Assembly: GCA_010015585.1 (NCBI GenBank) | Contig: ML975152.1 | Strand: one strand, 5' to 3' | Length of the DNA: 50,471 bases | From: Eremomyces bilateralis CBS 781.70 | Lineage: Eukaryota | Shown: positions 1-13,204 of the stretch, in pieces | Position numbering within the stretch: the first letter of the stretch is position 1 | How the letters are laid out: the number at the start of each line of letters is the position of its first letter | Program-made: the position numbers and the translations under genes | Notes under the pieces: model-generated | What the model was told of the DNA's origin: nothing | The model's database searches: none | Seen by the model: only the letters and a program-made list of their open reading frames with translations

Positions 1-74
1 TCATGGCTGGGAGCTGGAGGAGTCTCGACGAACTCGAAGGAGTCCTCGGACACGGCCTTGCTGTGTTCAGACAT
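1..74 (-). CDS. 5' end of a gene truncated by the window edge; tentatively sphingolipid C9-methyltransferase / cyclopropane-fatty-acyl-phospholipid synthase family
   Basis: ATG at 74 in good context (CCGACAATG), reading MSEHSKAVSEDSFEFVETPPAPSH open to the edge, preceded by a pyrimidine-rich leader. The product guess rests only on recalled similarity of the SEDSFEFVETP N-terminus. Confidence 0.4.
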   Translation of the reverse strand, partial: MSEHSKAVSEDSFEFVETPPAPSH

Positions 75-1148
75 TGTCGGCTGATCAACCTCCGGAGCAA
101 TGGTGCTACAGAAGGGGGGGACGACCAGGAACGGAGGGCCTTGAGAGAGGTTTTATCGTGGAGATAAGTTGGGAGGGGAGAGGAACCAGGTATTTCACAG
201 TTCACAGCGAGGGAAGTGAAACGAAGCTCCACGTGTAGATCAGGCAGCAAGATTATTTCATGGAACCAGGAGCTTACATGTGGAAAGGAGGGAGCTCGGC
301 CAATGATAGGCCGGCATAGGTGTCGTATCACTCCTATTGTTCCCCTGCACACTTGCAGTGGCATGCACATCAGATTACACTACCCATGCCCCACTGACAG
401 GATCCAGCTATTAATCAATTAATAGGAGCAGTTCATCTTTATCACAACCTCAGCCGTCAGAAGCACACCAGTGGCCGATACTATGTAATGTGATTATACC
501 TCCGTATATCGGACGTTAATGCCATGCATCTCCCAACTCCTATTGAGCGTGAGGTTCGAGTATTGACAACGAAATCACGGAATACCCACATTGGAGATTG
601 GAACCTGACTCGGGTTAAGAGCTGGACGGTTTTGCGTATCAGAGAGCGGACCATATGGCGAACCTATACACAATTTCAAGGTAGGTGGTGTGAAAGCGAT
701 AGAATCGTATTTTGGGGTTTAATTCCGTTCAAAGCAGCTCTGAACTTCAAATTAATCTATTGGCAAATCTGCCTTCAAATCCTAACCTCGTACACTTGGT
801 TCATAGGAATGTAGAACAAGAACCCTTGCTCTAAGCTGCCAAACTCAAGACATGACTTGAGAAACCATCTCGACCGTTGTTCGGACGTGTGCCACCATGT
901 TCAAGCCCGTTTGAACTCCCTTCACTCGACCGAAGAGTGGAATGCTAATGAATCTATGAAACCCGAAAGTGGTGAGGGTTGGCCACAGCGCTGAGCTTTG
1001 GTATGAGTTGAGAGCTGGATCCTCCCGGATCAATTACTTCGCTGCAAAAAACAATCTAAGCATGCGAAAGCCGAACTCCGAAACAAACAATGCAGAGGAA
1101 ACAACAGGAGCTAAAATCCTGGGGGACGGGACAGCGGGTATTCTGCTC

Positions 1149-3116
1149 CTAAGCACCGCCGCCCATCTCGATATTTTTGCCCTTGACGGACTTCCACTCA
1201 ACGAACGCAGCACCGACTATGCTGAAAACAGCCATAGCGACGCTCACGTACCAGGTTTGCGTCAGAGCGGAAGAGTAAGCCTCCAGAACCGGGGCCAGAA
1301 GCGCCTCGTTGAAATTTCGGACGGCAGACTGCAGGTCCGTCGCTCCGACACTGACGACCAGCTTCGGATCGATGCCGGGAACGCTTGCTAGGTTCTTGAA
1401 CAGCTGGTTGGTGAACACGTTCTGACCCACGGAGACGAAGAGGGCGCCGCCGAGCATTTGCGCGAACATCATCAGCGCGGTCGCGATGGGGATGTCGGGC
1501 CCGGGAAGGCTGGCTTGCACGGCAATCAAAGTCTGCTGCATCCCAAAGCCGACGCCGAAACCGAATAGCACTTGATAGCCGATCCAGGCGGGATGGGCGG
1601 TATGAGGGGTAAACGTGGTCAGCATTCCCGCGCCAACCGCCATGAGGATGGACGACAAGAACATGAAGGGGGTGTAGTAACCGACGACGGTGACAAGGAT
1701 GCCGGCTATGATGGAGAAGAGTACGAGGGAAAGAACCATCGGGATATTCATAATGCCCGATTTGACAGCGGAGACTCCCTTGATGGCTTGGAAGTAGATC
1801 GGGACCTATAACTGCGTCAGTATGTCGTCGGACCCTTTCGAGAGAACCAAATGCTCACATAAAAGATCAGGATGAAGAACGACGCGCCGAGACAGCCGCC
1901 AAACAAGGCCGAGCCCCACACATTCCGGTTCTTGAAAACGCGGGGTGGAATCGTGGCCCGTTCCTGCTTCCAGAACTGAATGCCGACAAAAGCAGCTATC
2001 AGGAGTGCGAACAGGATGAAAAGAACGATGATGCGGGCGTTGCCCCAATTATACTCGCTCCCTCCCCACTGCAGCGCCAACAGAAGACAAATGATTCCCG
2101 GCAAGAAAACCGCTGTGCCTTCGAGGTCGAGATTCCTCACCTTGCCGCGGAAAGTGGGTTCAACTTTGGCGCGGGGCGGCGACTTGAAGAAGACGAAGAT
2201 AAACATGGCGGTGACAGCGCCGAACGGCAGATTGATATAGAAACACCATCTCCAAGTCAAATTGTCCGTGAAGGCTCCACCCATCCTATCGCCGGTTAGT
2301 TACCAATACGCGCTCAATTGCCCCGCGACAGATCAGTTGTACGTACAATGGTCCTGCAACGCTGGCAATGCCAAACACGCCGCCGATAAAGCCGGTGTAG
2401 GTCGGGCGCTGGCGCAGGGGCACCGAAGCCGCAACAATCAAGATCGAACCGGAGAAGATGCCCGCGCCGCCCAAGCCCGCGATGGCTCGCCCGATGATGA
2501 GTGCGGTGGAATTCGGAGCAACGCCGCAAATCAAGCTGCCTAGTTCAAAGATGAAGAGGGCGGTCATGTAGGTCCATTTTATGCTGTAAAACGTGTAGAG
2601 CTTCCCGAAGATGAGCTGGAAGGAGCACGAGGCGAGGAGATACGATGATCCGTACCAGCCGATATCATCTAAGGAGCTGAAATCGGTCGTGATCTTGGGG
2701 ATTGCGGTTGCAATGATTGTATTATCTGTACCACGCGGTCAGTAACAGGATATCAGACGTTCGCATTGGGCGACGGCATTACCTAGGGCCATGCAGAATA
2801 CAGCTAAGCAGAGCGCAATTGTGATCAGGCCGAGCTTCCAACTGGTCGGATACTCCACCTCGTCATCCGAAGGCAGGGCGTTCTCGGCGACGTCGCCCTT
2901 CACCTCCACCTCCGCGGTGTCCTTCGATGGTACCACGGCGGTTGGTGGGGCAGAGGTGTCGGGGCCAGATTCGGATTTGGAGTCTGTTGCGACGTTGACA
3001 TCCTTGTCGATGACAGAAGGAGTTTGGCTGGGGGGCACGATGGTGGTTGCTGTTGAGCCCGCCATAGTATGAGAGCTCGGAGGGCGAAGGGCCTCTTTTC
3101 CTTCTGGTTGACCCAT
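1149..3116 (-). CDS. MFS drug:H+ antiporter, DHA2/14-TM family (AflT-like toxin efflux pump), about 598 aa
   Basis: Exons 3116-2783, 2725-2347, 2285-1859, 1805-1149, joined by GT-AG introns that keep frame. Motifs: [59 protein letters not shown]. Confidence 0.93.
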
Positions 3117-5636
3117 GTGATGGATGTGTGAAGATCGTGAAAGACGAAAACAAATTCGCAAGGTCGTGGGGTTTCGAAGCTTGAACTGGAATGGAATTTG
3201 GAAAATGCTTGACAGTAATGAAATAAAGGGATTAGGCAACAATAATAAAAGATGCGGCGGACAAAATCACGGACGCTGCCCAAGAAAGAATCTCAAAGAA
3301 AGATCCAGAGGAAGCACGGAGAAGAAGAAATAGGTAAACCGGAATTAATGATAACTCTTCTATGTCCGGTTGTTTGACGGATTGGCTCTAAATTCCAAGG
3401 ACGCCAGCGTGGACGCGGAATTGTGAATCACAGATCGCCCTCTCTTGGTTGATATTGTCAAGGCCTCGTATTCAACAGGGGGGAACCTCACCCAGAGTCG
3501 CCCCAATTCACTAATTAGCCCTAGCATGCCGCAAGGAGAGTACCAAAACGTAGACACTAACTAAAAAGTTCTTACTATGGCTTTCATGTGGTCCGTTCAT
3601 ACGACCTTAATTCACCATTTCACCCATGACACAGTGCAGAAGGTCTCCTCTCCCCGATCCCCGTCTCCCGACTCGGTACATGGTGTTCTGGCCATCTGGC
3701 CGATAAGCGATAACTCGTTCGTTCGGGTATGACTGGCTCGTTAAGATTTTGAAGCTTTCTGCTGGTTGGCCAGACTCTGAATTACAGCCCCTGGTGAATG
3801 GCGACTGGTGTTGACTTCCCGAATCATTTTGATACCTGGGGCGGCTTGGGGCAGACGATGTCGTCAAAAGTGATCAAACTGATCCATTCCACAACCTCAG
3901 GGGTAGCCCTAATAGACCTGTATTCTCAACATCGCCTTGATGATTCCCATTCTGTTTGTGCAGTTCGGGGAGACGCAGCTTCAACGCTTCCGTCCTTGGT
4001 CTTGGTATACAGTCAACGATTGATGACGACAACCTGGCTGGCCATTTCACCTTTCAAGACATCCGACGCTCGCTCAAAGTTCAAACAGCAGGAAGGCTAC
4101 GAATCAGAATCAGGCCGTCGATTGGATGAGCGCGTCGCTTGTGACGGGGAAAAAGAAATAAAGATTATTGCTTGCCCAGGTTCGTTTGTCGCCTTGTCGG
4201 TGACACGGCGAGACCGTCAGTCCGTTAGTCGGGAGATTCTAGGACCGCTGTTCGTATTGTCCCGCTGTCCGCGTCAAAGCGTCTGCGATCCGATCCTGGA
4301 TTCCTGGTGGGGGTCGGGTTCTGATGCGTGAGCTATGACTGTGTAATTGAAACTGTAAAGAGCTGATGCAAATAGAAATGCAATCATCCGTTCTGCCTTT
4401 GAGTGGAGGGCTTGAAGTGACGTATCTCCAAATGCAACATACCGGACGAGACGGATTCCGCAAACTCCGTCAGTGTTTCCTCTCTCTTTCTCGCAGGATC
4501 GGCCAGAATCCAGAGTAATCTCAGTGATGCATCTAGATTCTAGCATCGTGCATTCGTCTTGACCGTTGGCAGTTCAGCTGTCAGCCCTTCAGGTCAAAAA
4601 GCATTGACAAAGGGAGATTAATATTGGATGCCTCGGGGTCGTCACTCGTCAATTATTATTTAATTATGGGCATCTAGTGAGCGGGTCGGTCCATGACTCC
4701 AGTTTACTATAATTCTATTCCTAGCATAACCACCGGCCAAGCTGGACAGATTACAGATTTGATACAGAAAGACGAGACCATATCACCAGTCCATAATCCA
4801 TATGCGGTCCAGGTGCGCCACCTCCAAAAACTCCATGTAGGACGTCACCCAACACATATGAATGACTCAACGGTCTGGTTGGGCCGGGGATCGGAGCGAT
4901 AGGGTGCCGCATCACCAACCAGCCGCCGGTGCCCGAGATCTCCGCCTCCCGAACTCTCCCGAATGCTTTTCGTCTTCAACAACATTCCATTTCATACCCA
5001 TTCACCGCCCATCAAACATCAAACTCTGTCTAGAATACTCAGCAGTGTATCAGCAACTCAGCATCAAATCCGCAATCCGAGCCTTGCAACATGATCCCAC
5101 GGTCATGTAAATGCACATAGTGCTACAGAATCGCCTGCAAATCCAATCCACAAGCAACCTACCAGTCTACCACTTACTGTCCCAGACTCCTGGTGCAGCT
5201 GTAGCAGCGTGATAGTCATAGTGATGGCTGCAGTGGCAGTTAAGACTTATGAGATATGTTAACCAGACAGCTCCAGCCAGGCAACTTGACTGTGGACACC
5301 GGACATCAGGACACAGCAGCAGACCAGGCTCCATGTCACGTCCCGCTTTATTGTTTCACCACCAGCCGTCCCATTCCAAGTCGCTTGTTATGGGACAATG
5401 AGTCGTCCAGTCGTTTGATCGTGCCTTGTTTTGGAGGTTTTCGCGTCGCTATACTCGCCAACCAGAACTCAGCACTCGACAAAATCATCCTGATTTGAGG
5501 CTTGAATTCTGTATCGGTAGGCTCTAATTAATGCAATCATGTTGACCTAAGAATTAAGATGGCTTCCTACTTCCGGCTTCCAGGCACGTCATTCAGCCTT
5601 CAGGTATCCTTGCTCAAATGCCCAATGCCTGTTGTG

Positions 5637-5671
5637 CCAACTGCCAACGTCCAACTGCCAACTCCCAATGC
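5637..5671. repeat. Degenerate 7-bp tandem repeat (CCAAC-NN) x5
   Basis: ccaactg ccaacgt ccaactg ccaactc ccaatgc read directly, in the divergent intergenic region. Confidence 0.6.
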
Positions 5672-6112
5672 TTGTGTTGATGAAACCACTCCACTCGTCT
5701 TCGTTTAATATTACGATGTGCTAACTCTTTCGTGCTTCTCTTCAACCCAATTCCTGGGTTTCGACTTTGAAGTGTTGAATTCTTATTACCTCTCCTAATC
5801 TATGGCTCGTATCTCTCGTCTGGGGTGTTGTGTGGGGAAGTTGCCTCGCGTTTGTGCAAAGTAAACACTCCGAAGGAAGCATTCCCTCACAGCTTGCCCT
5901 TTGCTTCCTCAATGCAGGTTGCTTCATGGAGCCATTGACTTGGCTTCATAGTTGAGCAAGCTTTCATTTCACCGGGACGCCCCATTCGCTGTACAAGTCC
6001 TTCGTTTCGATATCTGAGTTGCGTCAGTCAGAGCTGTTTACACCAGCGCTCAGCTCCCAAGCGCAGAAGATCAGCCTCTTCTGGAACCTTGCAGGACATC
6101 CATTCCAAAAAC

Positions 6113-9100
6113 ATGGGGAACGAACAGTCAACACAGACTGCTCGGGTGCCGAATCGTCTCTCCAAGCCAAGGACAAATACCAATGGGTCTTCGACCAGCT
6201 TGCGACTTTCTCCATCGACACGGGACCTATCGACACACTCTCCTTCTAAATCCTCCTTGAGACTGGAAGCTATCAATGAGGAGCACATTGGGCTCTCCAC
6301 CTATGGAGAATCAAGAAGTCGACAAACGACGCGCCAGCAACTGAGAACCGAATTATTCGATCCGAGAGACCATCGAGAACCCCGTCCGGGGGCCGAAGAC
6401 ACCCTTGGCGACCTTGTCGGCACTGCTCGAGACCGGCTGTCGGTATCGAGGTCAACTTCGCTCTTGGTGCAGAATCGAACCGCTCGAGGATCGACGACGA
6501 GACTCGGCGCGTCCACAGCGGCCTCTCAAACTTCCTTGGTTTCTGAACCGTTCAACATGGACCTTGAAACTGCTGTGGACGTAGTTCAAGACTCTCGGAA
6601 GAGTGCGGCCCCGCAAGGTGTACAAGTTCTTGGTACGTACGACCATAGGCATCGTGTGATTGGAGACATAACCTAACACTAAGTTCTAGAGGACCAGCTA
6701 CCCCCGATTGGGTCGCACGATGATATTTCTCCGACTCGTCCACAGGACAGGATGGATCCAGTAACAGCAAAGCTGATAAGGAGACGCTCGTTCGCTATTC
6801 CGGGAAAGGCTACCCGAATGCAATCGTTGGATGGGCCAGGGAGTGTCAAAATGAAACTGCGACTAGGCAAAAGGCACACATTTCAGTTTGACCACGCCCC
6901 TTTCGGGCATAGGGACAGAGAAAGGATGACAGCGCCTTGGCTCGAGCCACACCGAGTCCAAACGCCCAGTGAAATGGAGTATTCCCACCTGGGGGCGCTT
7001 AAACGGGGTTCCCTATTCGTCACGAACGGTGCTGCATCCCCCGATCCGAGTGTAAAATCGAGGGTCTTGACTCCCGAGAAACTTCCTTCTCTGGGACCGA
7101 GCGATGAGGATTATTTCACCGCATCTGAAGGGCATACAACCGGAGACGAGTTTGATGGACAGGTAATGCTCCAACAGCGGCGTCGAAATCAACACCGGCG
7201 CCGTGCAAGCAGTCCGTTAAAGCAGGATATATCTATCAACAGTGGCCTTACGCAGAGGTTAGAGCGGTCCTCCACCTCTCCTAGTGCTCGGTTCCAGTCC
7301 TCTGTTGGAGGAACTTCTTTCGTAGACGGCTACAGATCGGAGATCTCGTCAGATTCCTTTAGTGGCTCGCCGAAATATGAGAGGGTGGCCACTCCTCAGC
7401 AAGAGAACTCCCTTGCCGATGATCCCGAAACGTGTAACGAGCCTAACGGCGAGGTCATGTTGGGCTATGATAACTCCGCACATCATCATAGTAGGGACGA
7501 TGAGCCGTCATCCGCACCGAGTACTTCACTTATAACCGAAGAAGGAAGCAACCGCGAACTCAATAGAGGAGATAGTGGGAAAAGTACCGAAACTAACGCC
7601 GACTCAGGATATGCTTCAGGGGGTAGTATCCTAGGTGTCGCCGACTCGAAATCCAGAAACAAGGACTACTTCGAGTATCAGAAGTCGATTTCGAACCGGC
7701 TCAATGACCAGCATTCATGGAGACCTGATCGCGAGGAAAGCCTAGCACAGGCTGATGCCATTCACCAAATGACGGAGCACCCGGGGATTCCTGCCGATTA
7801 TGCTGTGCAACCAAACCACAGTGCGTCTCCAGAGGATGACATAATCGAATCGATTGAGCATGGTTATGAGCCGCTCAGACTCCATAGGCCATCAGTGCTC
7901 CGCTCTGCGTCCTGGAAGAAAGCCTTCCGGAAAAGCTACAGGATTTCCGCCGAGCCGGCTCCAACGGTTGCAGTCGAAGCAAAAAGAGAACAAGGTAACC
8001 AGCCATCCGTGCCGAAGCAGAAGATATTGCAAAAGGCTAGGTCCCAGGTCCTGGAGCCGACCAATCTCCATCTAGGACATGACTATTCTCGCGATGCTAT
8101 CCCATCCGTACCGAAGGAGGTCAGGGCCAGCTTTGCGAGGCGTCTAAGTGCATCGCCAGGGATGGGATTTTTATGCCGCACGTACGATTCGACCGCACAT
8201 ACCGATGTGCACGAGATTCGACGGAGTGCGTCACCGTTTAATATGCCGATCCGTTTTCCCTCGCCTTCGCCCTCCGTGGAATCGGGTTACGATATGCGGG
8301 AGGACATCCCGGAGCCGCCAGATCGCCCTCCTCATCGCTATCTAGGTCGGATGCTGAGCGTGAAAGCGGAGAAGCTCATGAGAAGGAAGTCATATGGTGC
8401 AGTGGAGCGCCGTCGGTCGAACCGACTCTCATCCATGGAAACCGAATATGCGGATGTCGCGGACTTCGGTACGGTTGCGCACTCCCTTGGCGCATCTCCA
8501 TATGATGTCGCGTCCTTGCCGCCCGCTGCCCGAAACCATCCTCGCCCGTTAGCTTCGCATCCAACGCACCCACACCAACTCGGTTCGGCCATGGCTCGGC
8601 CTCGCTCGATGGTCGAAATGAATGCGAGGGTCGCGTCCGAGTTTGCAAGGTTGCGAAGCCGGGAACGGGCCGCTCCGATCGGTCGGAATGCAAACCGTCC
8701 TCGGAGCTTTCACGACGCTGGTGCACACTCGAGTGTTGGCAGCTCTTATTACGCCCAGGATCCAACCCCGCCTGTGCCACCCCTTCCCGGTCCATACAGC
8801 TGTGGTAATGACATGTATCCGAAGACAAATCTCGCGGTTCCAAAGGGAAATACACATGTGGCATCGCAATATCGACCCAGCGGCCGCCCGTCGCCATCAC
8901 GACTGTGGTCCCCGAACCCCTGGGTGGTACCTCACGACGCCCACCTCCCTACTTCCGTTGCAGGGCACTCAAAACGACCACATCCGCCTGCGGAAGCGCA
9001 CATTCTACCGTCATGGGACCAGCATTCGGAGCACCGGCAACAGTACCGGAAGCATCTTCCATCGACACGGCACCCTACCCGCAGCCCCTTGCCAAGTCCA

Positions 9101-9532
9101 TCTCTTTCTTCCGAAGGCGCGGCGTTCGAACCGTATCCTTCGCGACGTCGGTCACACCACGAAGATTCCCGGCATGTCATTCCGCCCACCCTCTCAGGCG
9201 GCACACACAAGGCAACGCTCAGTCCGTACGATGAGCGTAGCGATCGTCGGAACCCCGATGCACGCTCGCGTGCTCGTTCCCGCGCTCGATCGCCGAAGCC
9301 AGGTTCCATGGAGCGGGCACCGTCACTGTCGCCCCACGGATTCGGGATGGCCGATCGGTATTCCGGCGGGCTGGACTACGGGTACGAACCGGGTTATGGG
9401 GTGGGCGGGAGTGCGGGAACCAGGGGGTCTCCGGGGGTGAGTGAAGCGTCGCGGAAGAGTCGGGGGTACATGCAGGATTACGGTGTAGATTTGAGCGACG
9501 TGCCGGTTGCGATCTACTACGGCGGGCGATGA
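6113..9532 (+). CDS. Large Ser/Pro/Arg-rich, probably disordered fungal protein (about 1120 aa) with N-myristoylation motif
   Basis: Exon 6113-6632 (MGNEQSTQTARVPNRLSKP), intron 6633-6689 (GTACGT..CTAAC..TAG), then in frame with the 926-aa ORF. C-terminal block GGLDYGYEPGYGVGGSAGTR..YGVDLSDVPV. Confidence 0.85.
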
Positions 9533-10563
9533 GGACTGACGAGGCTGAAGGCTCTACTTGACGATGGGAATACTGGAGCGCTGCTTAGAAGCGGGACACG
9601 AAGCATGACGGCATGCACCTTGTACAATACCTTGTAAATATGACGAACTAAATGAGTAAATTGTGTCTGATGCATCTATTATTTCTTGGCCTCGGTGCAA
9701 CCTTCCCCGCCTGCGACTGGTCTTGCATGTGAATGAAATGCTTGTTAATCGAAAGAATCCAAATAACGCAAAGAATCCTCGCCGAGTCTTATGGTTGTTT
9801 GTCAGTGGCCGTAATATGTTGGTCGTGTTTGTGTTGCTTTTGTGCTTGTGTTGCTTGCGTTGCTTGCGTTGCCGGATGACGACGTGTTCATGTAAACTAA
9901 AGGACGTGCTTGGGTTACCTCCGTACCAGTTACCACTACCATACCACCAAACATAAACCACGATAGAATCCAAACGTGCCGTAAACCTGCTGGGTACTTA
10001 TTAGCTGAAACTATGTTCGGAACAACATTAGAAATTTAAGCCAGTTAAGATTAATCCGGATATGGCATCCGTAATTTGACGCCATTCCCCCACGAAGCCG
10101 CGGGTGGATCACCCATTGGTCGGCTGTTTTCGCTCAACTCAGTCCCCAGCATGTAAATCCGCTAATTCCTCCGAATTCCTCCACAATCCCCTCTAAGAAA
10201 ATCTCGCCTGCAAACAGTCCGTCAGCCATCTCTTCCTCCGCCATCCTACACATCCGCCCCTCGTCTTCATTGTTCCCCTCGCTCCCCACGTTCTGCACCA
10301 GTCAATGTCTCTCCGGGACCTTTGACGATCCGGTCCTTACTGAATATTTTCATCCCGTTCTACCGTTACCTTCGATTGCAAATTGAGCTCGGCGTCCCGC
10401 CTCCCGCCTCCCGCGCCCTATGTTTAACTCCCGTACCACCTCCTAATTCTCCGAGCAGAACCCGGCGTATACCCCCCCATCGACTGGACTGTGTCCTGCA
10501 TCGTAGACCATCCAACCTGTGGTTCAGGTATAGAGCGATAGACGGGGATTGCACACGGCCACG

Positions 10564-12134
10564 ATGACCATCGCCTGCACTTCGGCGGTGGTGGTGGAGT
10601 CGTACGAAGAGCCGGCTTTCGGGACGAGCAGTGCGCTGGATGCACCGCGACCTAGGGCAAGGAGGAGGAGACATTCATCCTACCACCCGATGCCTTTCGG
10701 GATCGAACCGGATAACGTTCAGGTTCTAGTACGTCACGGGTTTCCCGTTCTTAGAGGCGGAGTTCTGGTGGCGGGCACAATGGCTAACCCTCTCAGATCG
10801 ATCGCTTCCTCGCCGAACTCAGCCGGCGTCTCGACTTATTGGAATGCTACGGGCAATTGCAGCTGGATTCCTCCATTGAACGCGCATATTCGACCCTAGT
10901 CACGGTCCGCGATGCATGCACGGCGACAATGGACGACTCCCGTCGGCAAGCTCGCATCCTGGTGGAGACCCTGGAGTCCACCTACCATGAACGATATAAT
11001 GAAGCGCTCGCCACCAAGGAGACTCTCGAGGCCAAAGCGCAGGAAGGGGTCCACCTGCTAGAAGGACTACTTGCTGAGTTCGAATCGCGAGCATATGCGG
11101 TCCGGAACGCCGGATTTTCCATGGTCAACCAGGACCGCGTCGGGGAAGCATGGCGGCACGTCGATTCCACGATGCAGTCGGCTCGGGAGACCGTCGACGA
11201 GGGCATTGCCAAAGCGTGGCGTGCGAAGGAGCACCTGCAGGGGAGCATCGAGGCGGCCGTCGAACGAGCCCTCACTCTGGCCCGCAGCCACGGTCACATC
11301 ACTTACAGCGACTTGCCAGAACCATGGCGAGTCAACCCGCACATTCATGGGGGCTACCGCTTCCACAGCAAGGTGCTGGAATGCGTACGGTCCACCCTCT
11401 CCTTCCACAACGAGCTGGTGAATATCTGGTCCCACTTCATTGGGTTCTTCCTCGTGGCGACCGTGGCACTCTATTTCTATCCCCTATCCAAGGCATTCCC
11501 GCACTCGACCTGGAGCGACGTCGCCGTCGCCTCCATGTTCTTCCTCGCCGCCACCAAGTGCCTGATCTGCAGCACCATCTACCACACCTTTAACTGCATC
11601 AGCTCCCACAAGCTGCTCGCCCGCTTCGCCTGCGTCGACTACACCGGCATCTCCCTCCTCGTCGCCGCCTCCATCCTGACCAGCGAGTACACCGCCTTCT
11701 ACTGCGAGCCCGTCGCCCGCTGGTCGTACATGCTCTCCACCGCCGTCCTCGGCCTCGCCGGAACCATCCTCCCCTGGCACCCGACCTTTAACCGCAACGA
11801 GCTGGCTTGGGTGCGCGTCCTCTTCTACTCCTCCCTGGCCTGCACAGGGTTTTTTCCCGCCATCCACATCGCCCTCACCCGCGGCGCCAGGTGGGCGCTG
11901 TATTTCTACGGGCCGTTGTCCACCAGCCTGGCCGCGTACCTGGCGGGAGCGATCTTGTACGCGGCGAAGATCCCGGAGCGATTCTGGCCGGGCACGTTCG
12001 ATTACCTTGGCGCCAGTCATAATATTTGGCATATCGCTGTGGTGTGCGGCATCATGGCTCACTACGCGGCCATGGTGGGGTTTTTCGAAAAGGCATTTCA
12101 ACGGGTGCAAGATGGGACCTGCTCAAGTTTCTGA
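10564..12134 (+). CDS. IZH3: PAQR / hemolysin-III family membrane protein, IZH3-like, about 500 aa
   Basis: Exons 10564-10728 and 10797-12134 (intron GTACGT..GCTAAC..CAG). PAQR motifs LPEPWRVNPHIHGGYRF, HNELVNIWSH, STIYHTF, DYTGI, IPERFWPGTFD, SHNIWH. Long helical N-terminal extension as in Izh3. Confidence 0.9.
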
Positions 12135-12448
12135 ACGGAACAGGTTAATGTGGATATATGTGCAGTCATATCTTGTTATGTTTAATACTTTACGAATCAC
12201 GGATACCGCATGGAGCATATGATTGATGATTTTTAAGCATGAGCAATACCGCTCCATCGGCATAGAAGAACGATGGGTTCTCTCCCCCAATGTACAGATG
12301 GAACAACGGCTCCGTTGGGATCCTTTTTGGATGATTCATGGATTCCATTGCCCTATCCTTTTATGCAGTGAACACCATGCAACCGTGACCTGGGGTGGTA
12401 AAATTCCTCCCCATGTTTCAGAAATCGAACGAACAACGATCCACCCAT

Positions 12449-13204
12449 TTACTCGTCGTCCTCTTCCTCAGCCTCCAGCGTGCTCATGGCGATCCGGTCC
12501 AGATCCCGCTGCCCGCTCTGGGTGATTCTCCGGCCACCCTTCTCCTCATCGTGCTCGAGGACACCGATCTTCTCCAGCGCCTGCATGGCCTTGCGGTCGA
12601 CCGATCCGGAAGCGTCGACGTGGTGCGAGGGGCGCGCGCCGCGGTTCTTGGTACCGCCGTGAAGCTTTCGTAGACGGCCGACGCCGACGGTCTTTCGGAG
12701 GTAGACGTGGCGGGCGATGGCAGCGGAGCGGATGTAGAACCAGTCGATATTCTGGGGAGGGAGCTCCTTGGACTGTTCCTAGGATTTAGCATTTTCCCCT
12801 CACCCGCAGGATGGGTCTGGGGATACGTACATTTGACGTTTTGACGGTATCAGTCCAGGCTGTAGATCAAAGATGCAGTCAGCAAACCATTCTGCTTTCT
12901 TTCACACCACGCTGTGCCTGCGTCTCGAAAGATCCCCCAGTTACGGGATTCAGGCTGGACTTTGTGGTAGAAGGCATTCGTCTCAGTACGGACCTGGAAT
13001 GGGAAGACGACCCTGTCGCTTCAAGAAAGCGGCTGGAAGACGTTAGAACATTGGACGATATCGGATCGATGATTTCGGCGACAGTACCATAAGCCTCGAT
13101 GAACTTGGCGGCCTGGAAAGAAGATTTGTTAGCCGACGGGATCGAACTGCGATGAGGATGGGAATGTGACATACATCGACATCACGAACGTTGACTCCTC
13201 CCAT
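12449..13204 (-). CDS. RPS19: 40S ribosomal protein S19 (eS19), 148 aa
   Basis: Five exons 13204-13175, 13112-13088, 13032-12994, 12859-12831, 12772-12449 give MGGVNVRDVDAAKFIEAYAAFLKRQGRLPIPAWTDTVKTSNSKELPPQNIDWFYIRSAAIARHVYLRKTVGVGRLRK...GQRDLDRIA. The ORF track misses it. Confidence 0.97.

Noticed and set aside
8622..9440. 272-aa alternative-frame ORF within the large disordered gene
   Set aside because: GC-rich low-complexity coding sequence depletes stops; no independent support.
11484..12110. 208-aa antisense ORF inside IZH3, and similar shadow ORFs in other genes
   Set aside because: Explained by GC-rich codon usage of the sense gene; no recognisable motifs.
12860..12993. Intronic snoRNA in RPS19 intron 3
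   Set aside because: No C box, and too short for a typical H/ACA RNA.
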